Shown here: piece after piece, positions 11,901-22,573 of the stretch | How the letters are laid out: every line of letters starts with the position of its first letter | Numbering within the stretch: the first letter of the stretch is position 1 | NCBI GenBank assembly: GCA_026023565.1 | Contig: JAPETS010000002.1 | Span: 620,001-684,000 of the forward strand | Source of the DNA: Cirrosporium novae-zelandiae | Taxonomy: Eukaryota | DNA length: 64,000 nt | Direction: 5' to 3' | Notes under the pieces: generated by a model | What the model was told of the DNA's origin: nothing | The model's database searches: none | Seen by the model: only the letters and a program-made list of their open reading frames with translations | Program-made: the position numbers and the translations under genes

Positions 11901-14900
11901 TCTGATATGAGCAAGGCCTTGACTCGCACTGAAAGTCCAAGTGCTAGTCCAAGCGCCGAAGACTCTGGTCTTTTAAGATCATCCACGCGTGCGAATGGCA
12001 TTGCTACAAATGGTTCCGCTAAGCTAGATCAACGACAAGTCCAAGGAAATGAGCTTGCTGTCGTACATGAGGACGAGTCTTTACAGCCTAGTCCCTCCTC
12101 CAAAGCCCAGGACCCCTTGAGCAAGTCATCTCATGATGACAAAACCCCTGGAATATATTGGTCAAAGCCGTCTAAAGCGGAACTAGCCAACATGTCACGG
12201 GAGCAACTAAAGCATGTCACAAACTTTACCATAGGACGTGAAGGTTGTGGCCATGTTACATTTGATCAACCAGTCGATCTTACCAAGGTAGCCTTGGACC
12301 AAATTTACGGAACTCTCTGCCAAATCACGGTTCGCCGCCTTACTGTATACCCGGATGATGTTGCCAAGCCTCCAGTAGGGGAAGGACTAAACGTTCCTTC
12401 GACCATCACCCTCGAGAACTCTTGGCCTAGGGCTAATGCTGGAAAGAGCCATAGTTTCGAAACAGGTGGCATGCGTTTTAATAAACATGTTGATCGTCTA
12501 CAGAAAGTAGGTGGAACTACTTTTGTGGGATACAATAAAGATACTGGTGAATGGGTTTTTAAAGTTCCTCATTTCACCACCTACGGCTTAGATTACGATG
12601 ATGACGACGAGGAGGAGATTGGAGTCGACGCAAGTCTGAATCAAAGCACACTAAGTGCACCACCCGACACCCCTACACCGGCCCAGAGAACTACTAAAAG
12701 CCCTTTTCAGAACCCTGCGAGGTTAGCGGCCTTCTCGAATGCGCCAGCTAGTGTAAATTTGGACACCAGCCGACGGATGGTCAGAAACTCTGTACCTGGT
12801 GCATTCGACGAAGAGGCTGCATCTGAAGATGAAGAAATGGACGATGAATCTACAGTTCATGAGGATCAGTCTTTTTTAGATGAGCGCTCCGTGGAACTCA
12901 TGGATCATTCTGATGAACAACAAAGTGAGACCCAGGATTCTACATCCAACCTCACCCGTGAATCAGGTATGAGCAATGGGGAAGATGAATTTAGTATGGC
13001 GGGTTCGTTCCCAGAACCAGGCCATACCACGGAGCTACCAGGGAATAATAGATGTCTCGATGAACGCACCCCGGTTAAGCCGAAGTCAATCCTCAAGCCT
13101 AGTCAACAGCAGACTTTGATTAATCTAGGGACACCTGGAGAGAAGCTTATTACTGGTGGATGGGCGGAACAACTACAACGGACTATTAGTCCACGAAAAC
13201 AGGATCGACAGGCACTACGTCAAAGTCAAGGGAATTTTTTGAAGGAGCTAGCGGATAATGAAGGGCTGTCCCCTCGAAAGGAGACTCGACCAAGGAAAAC
13301 TGAAACTAGTTTTTCGACGAGCATTGATCTTATGCATTCTTTATTTGGACAACAGCAAGAGAAGAGTATGACAAAAGCAACGAGTACGGCTATTGAGGTG
13401 TGATTTCCCTTTCCCTATCATGTTTCCAAGGCGTCAATGGCGCAAGAGTAATCTTAATTCGACTTCAAAGGGGCCTGGCGTTGCTCCCCCCTCATGTATG
13501 TAGTGTCAGTAATGAAAGAGCCTTGGCTAAATATTATTCCTAGTGGCCTTATGCACAAAAACCGAAGACCTTCGATGCCGAAAATCATCAGATGAGTGAT
13601 GTTGACAAATCGTTTCATCAGTCCTTCAAACCAAATTGGAGCTCCAAGGGGCTGCTATATGGAATGCCCAGCCGGGTTGCCCCAGATAATCGAGGAAAAC
13701 ATTTTCGTCCTGACATTGGAATACGAAGAAGCTCCACTGCTATACCTGATCGCAAAGATGTTTATCGTCAAAAACTAGTTTCTGACGAGTTTGATGTATG
13801 CTTAATTCTATTCTCGAAAATACAATCTCACTAATCAAGCCAATTAGATGCACTCCGGGTCCATAGAATTTCAAAGATCCCGTACCGAGATTGTTATCGT
13901 AGGTGACGTTCCGCAAGCTCAATATCAAATAACCGACTTTGAACAATTTTCACAAAAAGTACCTTTAAAATCTCGGGAGGCTCTGGAAGAAAAATCTGCT
14001 TGGGACTTGGCTCATATCCTTTTTGATGATTACGAAGATGACATATCGAAGGAAGTACCCGTAGAGCTACATGCACAGTTCTCCCACCGGATTCAGAAGG
14101 ATCGTCTCTCCCAATTCTGGGAAAAGCTGGTGGCTCCATCAACTGAAAAGGCTCTCGAGGCAGCAAAATCTCCAGAAGAGAAAGCCATTGTCTACTTATC
14201 TGTTCATGATGTACAAAATGCTTGCTCTGCACTTCTTCAAGGAAAGGATTATAGGCTCGCAACCCTGATTGCTCAAATTGGAGGAGATCAGGTTATGCGC
14301 GATGATATTCGTCAGCAAATTAAAGAATGGCGAGAACTTAAAGTTATATCGGAAATGACAGACGCTATTCGAGCTCTCTATGAGTTACTCACTGGAAACG
14401 CTTGCCGATGTGAGGGAACAGCTTCTGGTACTCCTCTTGAGGATCGCGCTTCAACTTTTGTCATGAGTGAAAGATTCCATATGGATTGGAAGAGAAGCTT
14501 TGGTCTACGATTATGGTACTCAATCCTTGAAGACGATCCAATCGAAGTTGCAATCCAGAAATATCAACAAGATCTTGCTGACAACATTGAGCTCAAGAAA
14601 CCAACCCCATGGTTTATTGAAGAAAAAATTGCTGATGCTTGGAAAGATCCTTACCCTGAAACACGCGAAAGTGTTCTATGGAGTCTCCTTCAAGCCTTCA
14701 CCTCTACCCAGCCCTCCGTATCATCTCTATCAAATCTATTCATGCCAGAAAATACGTCGCCTACTCCCCTGTCCTCTCGACTCGGTTTTCAATTCCTCCA
14801 CGCCGTTGGCTGTGGCCTCATCAAGTCATTTTCTTCATCTGACATCAGCCTTGCTGATCAAATTGCCATCAATTATGCTGCTGAGCGCGAATCTGCTGGT

Positions 14901-15653
14901 CAACTTCACTGGGCCGTTTTTGTCTTGCTTCATATTTCAGATGCGAACTCGCGGAGGAAAGCAGTCCAAGATATCCTTACTCGGTATGCTGATAGCTTCG
15001 GTGGGACAGACGAAACACCATTCACAATTTTTATGAATACGCTTCGAATCCCAGAGGCGTGGATATGGGAAGCTAAAGCCTTACATGCAAGGGCGGTACT
15101 GCGTGACCATGTCCAAGAAGTCAAGTTCCTGCTTAAAGCTCAGAACTGGAATACTGCGCATGAAACCCTATGTCGAGATGTCGCCCCCAAAGCCATAATC
15201 GAACGCGATTACCTAACACTGAAAGCTCTTTTGTCCGGATTTGGGGGTCAGACAACCGTCCCAAATTGGGAAGTTGGAGGACAAATCTTTGTAGATTATT
15301 TGGCTGTGATGGATAAGAAGGGTAAGGAGAGCGCGGAAGTTGGCCAAGCTCTCAGGAGGCTGGTCGATACACTGCCTGTTGTTTCAAGGAAGGGCCAGTT
15401 TGGTTTCGAGGAGATGGTAGCCATCAGTGAAATGGGTGGTGTTGTGGGGAGGCGAGTGGTTGAGAGGAGATCCAAGGGGGTAAGTCATAAATTTGTTTCC
15501 TGTGGTGATGACGAGAGCGAAAGGCTGACTTTATTGAAGATCATCGAAGGCCCAAAAGTCCTCAGGCTACCTCTTACGGAAGACGCTTGCTTGAATCACA
15601 CCCTTGATCTTTCGTTGGGATTTTATAGGGCTGTCATGGCAGCTCAGGGATAA
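8979..15653 (+). CDS. NUP98: Nucleoporin Nup98-Nup96 precursor (Nup145/Nup189/SonB); exons 8979-9075, 9235-9336, 9612-10099, 10155-13397, 13544-13795, 13848-15479, 15540-15653
   Basis: FG/GLFG repeats. GLEBS motif YQSISCMPPYQKYSFE|ELRLADY spans intron 10100-10154. Autoprotease domain KPPVGEGLNVPSTITL...GEWVFKVPHF/TTYGL. Nup96 solenoid (DYRLATLIAQ, DWKRSFGLRLWY, IPEAWIWEAKAL). Confidence 0.95.
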
Positions 15654-16127
15654 GAGTTATATACGTAGCTCGGGGGGGGAGATGTTACCAAGGCTTATTA
15701 TTATGTTAATGTTGATTGGGCACTAAAAGGATGTCTCTAGACACTAGGAGAAAAGAGTGTTGTCAATACTCAAGGATTACCAAGGATTGCTGGTCAGTAT
15801 TATTTAGTTTTAGCGGCATCCAGATTATTATAATTGATCGAATGCAGGAGTGTTGGGAAGCGGAATTAGATAGCAATAACAGCGATTAATATCGACCAAC
15901 GTATCAAGCTAGTGAATTTGTAGCATTACGTACGGACAAAGGTGTACTTACCAGATTTAATTAAATATTGGTTCAAAATGCATTTCGGTACGGAGTACAT
16001 ATATACAAAAGGTATTTATTGTTCAGCATAGGTTGTGATTGGTATACTGATCGTCGTTCCACGCTCACCATCTTCGACGTAACTCTGTTTTTCTCTCATT
16101 CTTTTCCTTTTTCTTTACTCTCAATAT

Positions 16128-17815
16128 TTACTGACCAGGAGCAATCAACTCGGCCTTGGTGTGGGCATCAGCAGCCCATCCGCCCGCTCGTGCTTCTCCA
16201 CCATTATGCTCAGCCCAGTCTTTAACTTTGGCTTCGAGTTCGGGGCGGAAGTGGCGGATGAGACCTTGAATTGGCCAGGCGAAGGCTTCACCGAGAGCTG
16301 AAGAGTAACATATTAGACTCCACTGCTCTGTACTGCCGTTGGATACATGAGAATTGACTTACCACAGATAGAATGACCTTCGACTTGTTTTGTGAGTTCC
16401 TGAAGCATGTCAATCTCCCTCATACGAGCCTGCCCACGGGCGAATCTCTCCATCATTTGCTCGGTCCACTTGCTGCCTTCTCTGCAAGGCGTGCACTGTC
16501 CACAACTTTCATGGCGGTAGAACTTGCTAAGTCTAGCAATCATCTCCACGACATCGGTGCTCTTGTCCATGACAGTCACGGCGGCTGTTCCCAGACCAGA
16601 TTGGCTGTCTTTTAGGGCATCGAAATCCATAAGCTGGTCCTCGCAAACACTCTTGGGGAGAATCGGGGTTGAGGACCCCCCTGGGATGATAGCTTTGAGG
16701 TTATCCCATCCGCCCCGAACACCGCCACAATGCTTGTCGATGAGTTCACGGAGGGGTATACTCATTTCTTCCTCGACGGTGCAAGGATTATTGACGTGGC
16801 CGGAGATGCAGAACAGCTTGGTACCAGAGTTGCGCGCACGGCCGAAGGAACTAAACCAGTTACCGCCACGACGGCAGATTGTGGGTGCTACAGCGACAGT
16901 TTCAACATTCGTGACGGTGGAAGGGCAGCCGAAGAGACCGACGGAGGCTGGAAAGGGAGGCTTAAGACGAGGCTTTCCTGGCTTGCCTTCGAGTGACTCA
17001 ATGAGGGATGTTTCTTCACCGCAGACGTAGGCGCCCATACCACGGTGGATGAAGACGTCGAAATCGTAGCCAGTGCCGCAAGCATTTTTGCCGATAAGAC
17101 CGGCTTGATATGCTTCTTGGATAGCGCGTTGAAGGACAGTAGCTTCATGGTAGAACTCTCCACGTATGTAAATGTATGCTGCGGTGGCGTTCATTGCTCG
17201 ACCAGCGATAAGGCATCCTTCGACTAGCTTGTGGGGATCTTTGCGCATGATCTCTCGATCTTTGCATGTTCCAGGTTCGCCTTCATCGGCATTGACAACA
17301 ACGTAACGAGGTTTATTGTCCTTATCCCAGTCTTTGAAATTCATGAAAGACTAGTAATTGTTAGCCAATTGAGTCTAGTGAAGATTGTGGATGGTGGTAG
17401 ACCTGCCCACTTCATTCCAGATGGGAAACCAGCGCCGCCTCGACCCCGCAAGCCGGACGCTTTAATTTCTGATATTATCTGCCACCATATCAGAATAGCA
17501 CAGCTTTAATTTTTTCTATTATCTTAGGTATACCCAGTCGTGACCCTTTAGTACGATTTCCTTCGTTTTATACCAATCGCCATATTTCATGGCGCTTTTC
17601 AAATCCGTCCCATGATGTCCATATAAGTTTGTGAAAATTCGGTCTTGATCCTTTAACCCGCCATGGTGCTTTACCGGAGGAGCATCCTTTACGGTGGCTA
17701 GTCCGCGTCGCTGTGATCTGGGGGAAGATATTCGGGTGGTGGCGGAGACGGAAGGTAGGACACGAGCAGTGAGGTGGCTGATGGTCTGAGGGGAGGGAGT
17801 GTGTCTTGAAATCAT
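16128..17815 (-). CDS. NDUFV1: NADH:ubiquinone oxidoreductase 51-kDa flavoprotein subunit, mitochondrial; exons 17815-17534, 17478-17407, 17350-16363, 16297-16128
   Basis: Mitochondrial presequence; [55 protein letters not shown]; Fe-S motif [12 protein letters not shown] and [13 protein letters not shown]. Intron 2 needs a GC donor. Confidence 0.97.
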
Positions 17816-18054
17816 TTTGAACTGCTCAATTGAGCACTGGAAGAGAGGGGAGAGGAGAGGTTTAGCGGGAATCCACAGGTCCCGAAGACGATGTTTCGAG
17901 CTTCTATGATGGCGATGAAGGTTGATTAGGATAAAGCTCGGTAATCAGTGCATGTGAATGGCTGATCTAATCGCCATGGGGTCGCGGGCGTCTAAGGCGG
18001 ATGGAAAAGCCAATAACTAAAACGTCATTTCAAACCTCTTGGCTCCTGAAGCTT

Positions 18055-18081
18055 ACAACAACAACAACAACTACTACTACT
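18055..18081. repeat. Compound microsatellite (ACA)n(ACT)n
   Basis: acaacaacaacaacaactactactact upstream of NDUFV1. Confidence 0.7.
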
Positions 18082-18577
18082 ATCCTGTACTTGCAATTAT
18101 CAGCATTTTACAAGTACTTCCATGCTATTTTCTTGCTTGATATTTATGCCATTGGTTCTTAGAGACCTGATAACATAGGACACAGTTTGTCCTTCTCTTG
18201 TACATGTAGTACATTCCCTAGACCCTAGGAAGGTGTCCCCTCACTCTCCTTTATCATTTTCCTTCGCATGTCCTAAAGTTCATGGTACAAAAGGCATCAG
18301 CACATTAATCGCGATTCAAGTTCATCATAAATGATTCAGAAAAAAACAATCATCTTAATTCCAAAATAGAGTCTTCCAGAGATCCCTCAAAGACTAGCGG
18401 TTTACTAACCCTGAAAATGCACCACAAATATAAATGCCATCGCTCACTAATGCCCATAGAACATCCTTAATGCATAAGGAACATCGACAAATCTGGACTA
18501 CCAAGAACACCATCTTGTGCAACTCCTGTCCAATATAGATAAGCATCCATCTCTCAAAGTATCACCATCCAGCTCTC

Positions 18578-19180
18578 TTACTTATCAATCTCGTCGAGAA
18601 GAGACTCGCCCAAGAGTTCTCGTACTCGATTCTCTTCAACAGCTACCGCAAGCCCCTGATCTAGTCTTGGTACCTGCCACACCTGGTCAAATTCCATTAT
18701 ACGCAATTTTCTGAGCTTCTCCCAGGGTACCGTCTCATTTGGCGCAGGCTCTCTTGGTAATGGAGGAAATCTTCCAAACTTAGCCCCTCGAGATTCACCT
18801 TCATACTCTAGCTCTTTCCGAGATGGCCATGGTGCTACCAGACTTCCACGGTATACTGGGGTTCCATAGTCTCGAGTCCAGATCGATGGCATTGATATGA
18901 CTGCGGTCTTACCGTCAGAGGATAACTTTCCACCGAAGGCAAGTTTGATTTTCTCTTTATATTCGATCTTTTTGGCCTCTTGTCTCAACTTAATTTTGTG
19001 TTTAATCTGTTCCCCACCCAGCTCTTGCATCTCTAGTCTGTGTCTTACCCATTCTGCCCATGTTTTGGGTACGAAGGGAGAATTTGGCATAACTCGGTCC
19101 AAGTTCTCACCCATTCGATTAAATATTTCCCGTTCTTTCGCCTCTGGCGACACCCATGTTTTCGAGGAAGTATGAGACAT
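18578..19180 (-). CDS. Hypothetical protein, 200 aa, probably with a 5'-UTR intron (19340-19225)
   Basis: Intronless ORF with protein-like composition (FVPKTWAEWVRHR, APWPSRKELEYEGESR, GRFPPLPREP, NETVPW). Upstream on the minus strand lies a GTATGA...ACTAAC...TAG intron whose preceding exon has an in-frame stop. Confidence 0.7.
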   Translation of the reverse strand: MSHTSSKTWVSPEAKEREIFNRMGENLDRVMPNSPFVPKTWAEWVRHRLEMQELGGEQIKHKIKLRQEAKKIEYKEKIKLAFGGKLSSDGKTAVISMPSIWTRDYGTPVYRGSLVAPWPSRKELEYEGESRGAKFGRFPPLPREPAPNETVPWEKLRKLRIMEFDQVWQVPRLDQGLAVAVEENRVRELLGESLLDEIDK

Positions 19181-19289
19181 GAGAATTTTGCGAAATCCAG
19201 TAGCTGAAGGGAGACGTAGGAGTGCTAAAAGTGTGGTAGTAAGGTGTGTATGAAAGTGACACGTTAGTTTGTTGAGACTTCAAGAAATG

Positions 19290-19800
19290 GTGTTGCGTGG
19301 AATGGTAAGTAAATAAAGAAGCTATTTGTTTAGCTCATACGTCGTGTGTTGATTGCTTAAGTATCTTTGGCGGAGAGTGTCGAATGAATATAGTGACCTC
19401 AAAATAGTCAATTTTTCTCGACTCCACCTTTCTAATAAGGCTCGAACAGAACCAGTCTGAGGAAAAGGCCCTCCTTACTAGCGACCAAGCTTCTGCAATT
19501 TCTGCGCCTTGTAAGGAATACTAACTCCCCCAGAACTGTAAGTTGGTTGGTTAATTTATCTCACTATATTCTTATATCTCGATAGATCCTAAACTCTTTT
19601 GAGACCTACAGCCGACGACTTTGGACAAAGGGCCACCCAGAACAAACACCTCAGAATCGCGCTTTGTATATGACAAGCAACACGATGAAGTGATCGGGGG
19701 CTGAGAAAGTTCTTCTATTAGCCTATGAGGTAAGGTAATAGAGAGTGAGTTCCTAGGAGCTAATGATTGATCGCAGGCGGTCATAGGTGCCACCAGTATG
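19290..19800 (+). ncRNA. Candidate spliced non-coding (or decayed) transcript, antisense/divergent to the 200-aa gene; ends unknown
   Basis: Three consecutive + strand intron signatures: 19305-19533 (GTAAGT/TACTAAC/CAG), 19538-19585 (GTAAGT/CTCAC/TAG) and 19730-19776 (GTAAGG/GCTAAT/CAG). No long ORF in the spliced product. Confidence 0.35.
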
Positions 19801-20941
19801 ATGGAATACGAGTATTTTCGATGACCTTGGATGTTGGAATAGCACCCTACAAATTCCACTCGATGGATTCCCGGTGCCTTTGGCTCTTGGCCGGATATGA
19901 ATAATATTAGACTTGAAGATAATGATCCTTGATGCTCATGTTCACGCTCATGCTTACGCTCATATGTAAGCTTGAATAAATATGTCAATTGTCTGCAGCG
20001 GCTTGAATCTGATGTGAAGAGTTGGTTAATTCCTCAAATCAAGAAAAGTTGAGAGGAGCTGCAGTCTAAATATCTAGATATGATAACCTAAGTCTCTATA
20101 TTCACTTTGGAATAGTCTGACAATCGGACATCGAATACTGCACGGCCCCTACCGAAGTGAAGGCCCAAGTGAATATCAAGTCGAATCACGAGAACGTGAG
20201 ATTTCCATTAGCCTTGGAGCTTCATGGGGTATATTCGAATTTCTTCCATGCAATACCAAATGCCGAGCCTAAAATCCAGCATGGATTGAATATCTAAACC
20301 CTCGGGATACTCTATCCATGTGGGCTGTGATATAGAGACGCTAGTCAATGTTTGTTTGCTAGTGAGAATTTATTTTTTTGAAGCTCTAGGTTAAATGAAT
20401 AAACTAGAAAACGGAGGACGATTGTTCTTTTGAGCAGCCACTACCCCGAGACTCCTAAGTTATAAGAGTACAGGGGATTCACCTGCATAGCCAGTGCAGA
20501 TTGCTAAATGAATGACCAAATAATAGATGATGAATATGGCAAGCTTCAATCTCACCTCCCCTTCAACCATAGATAATAGCTAGCACTATAGAAAGACAAT
20601 TAAAGTCCCGGTTAGTTCCGTTTAGTCTCGTCCAGTCCCCATATGAATGGGAACTGATATGAGATAAGTAGAAATTTAAGTACAGATGTCTATTCAATAT
20701 GAGGCTTCACTCTTTCAACTGCCCTTGTATTTTTTATTTAGGGCTTTGTTAAGGGGTAGATCAATTCTGTAAGATAAGCTTATTTCATTCTAGAGATAAG
20801 CGAGCTTGGCACACGTTTTACTTTCTAACGTGATTTATGAAAGTTCTGCTATACTTACCGTATTAGCTATACAGAATATCTTTTAATTACCTCCTTCACC
20901 ATCTAACCTCAGGGAATCTCTAACAATTTATTTTTTTAGCA

Positions 20942-21391
20942 ATGCCTTCCATACCGCTAGGTTTGCTTCATAATAATAATTCTTTCAAGCCAGATAATAC
21001 CTCCCAACTCCCTTCTGTTCTCCAAACCCCCACTGGGCTCGCAATTCTCGAAATCCAAGGAACTCTACACCTCCCTCCATTGCCTGCCTCCTCTGATGGT
21101 TCTCAACTAGATAAAGCCTCAGTCGGCCGTCTTGAATTTCCCCTCTACAATCCTATTCTTAAACCAGATGACACTTCCTGGATGAAGCGTGTTTACCTTT
21201 ATGTCGGACACCACCAACGCCTAAGTGGAGAGGTCAAGAAGATACCAAATCCCATTGCAATCATAAAGAAGAAGGACGATGCGAGAAAAACTACCGATGG
21301 CGAAGAGCTTGAGATTGTGGAAATCGTGAAATGGAAGGTCATATTTTCATCAAGGCCTGAGCCAGTTGGGGAGGAGACACCCACGTCATAA
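20942..21391 (+). CDS. CTF8: Chromosome transmission fidelity protein 8 (Ctf18-RFC subunit)
   Basis: LAILEIQGTL, VGRLEF, LYVGHHQRLSGEVKKIPNPIAII and ELEIVEIVKWKVIFSSRPEP are typical of Ctf8; 149 aa. Confidence 0.9.
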   Translation: MPSIPLGLLHNNNSFKPDNTSQLPSVLQTPTGLAILEIQGTLHLPPLPASSDGSQLDKASVGRLEFPLYNPILKPDDTSWMKRVYLYVGHHQRLSGEVKKIPNPIAIIKKKDDARKTTDGEELEIVEIVKWKVIFSSRPEPVGEETPTS

Positions 21392-22141
21392 TGGTTAGAT
21401 GCACTTTCACGCCAGTGGGGAATTCGCGTCCAAAGAGACATCGTATCACAGCGGTCCCATGAATATGCACATCAATTTTATAAAATGCCTATCCAGCATA
21501 GATATAGGTACCTCCCGTCGTTGGCTGCCACTGACGGGCCATAAGACTAATATCGGATGGCCTAGAACCTTTTTATGCACCCTACATCAGTTACTATCGA
21601 GATCTCAACTACCGGGAAAGGACTATTATTAAAGATAACAGTGAGAGGAACCACCTCAATTGAATATATATTTATAGCATTGATCCACAGTCCACCTCTA
21701 CTAACAACCTTCATGGATGCCATATAGGGCTTCTAAAGAATAGAGGGAAACCATATCAAAAGGGAAGGGATAAGATATGAATTCTAAGCTATCGATGGTA
21801 ATCGCTTGATTTAAGTGATAATGATGATTCTATTAATAAATGAATCGAATGACTCTCTTCAAGTCATCAAGACCGAGCAATCTGAGGCTTGGTAATATTA
21901 ATGAAGGAGCAGATATAAGAATAGACTTCAGTTTATAAAATTGTGATGCATTTGTCAATAGATATAGATTCAGCATCCCATCTGACCATAAAGTCTCGAT
22001 GAATTTACGGTCCAGATATGTGGAATGCACGATGCACTACTCACTACCTCTCAACCCATAAACATAGGAAACAGCTCCGACATCCTAAACACCCATTCCA
22101 AAAGCAGCAACTTCCACCACTCTCAATCACACATACTGTTT

Positions 22142-22573
22142 CTACTCCTTTCCCTCAAACATAACTTCATCCTCATAATAGCACGTCAGAGGCGGCTCGC
22201 TGACCTTCCCCTTGGCCATACCCTTCAGCTTCGTGTGCGCCTCGCATTCCACATCATAATATTTCATATCCTCGAGGTCTTTAAATACGGTCTTTGCCAC
22301 CAGCGTGTAACCCTTGTTGCGGGCATCGTCGAACGTTTTACCTGCAGTGCAGGATACGATGTAGGGTTTGGAGTCCTGCCAGGTGACAAGGTTTGCGAGG
22401 TTAGTTAAGGTTGGGGGAGGAAATAGGGTGATAGGAGGGAGGGGTGAGAGAAGAAGGAGAAAAAATACTTTTACAGCTGTGGTAGAAAGCTCACGGTATT
22501 GAGCCAGCATAGCTTGGACATCCTCTTCTTTGGAGACTTTGAAGAGGGTGACGCGGTGGATTTGTTTTGTCAT
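22142..22573 (-). CDS. Stress-responsive A/B-barrel (Dabb) domain protein; exons 22573-22469, 22375-22142
   Basis: IHRVTLFK...AVK|DSKPYIVSCTAG...RNKGYTLVAKTVFKDLEDMKYYDVECEAH. Intron 22468-22376 (GTATTT/ACTAAC/CAG). Confidence 0.85.
   Translation of the reverse strand: MTKQIHRVTLFKVSKEEDVQAMLAQYRELSTTAVKVFFLLLLSPLPPITLFPPPTLTNLANLVTWQDSKPYIVSCTAGKTFDDARNKGYTLVAKTVFKDLEDMKYYDVECEAHTKLKGMAKGKVSEPPLTCYYEDEVMFEGKE

Noticed and set aside
19572..19988. 138-aa minus-strand ORF
   Set aside because: Non-ATG start, no recognisable domain, and the splice signals in this region point to the opposite strand.
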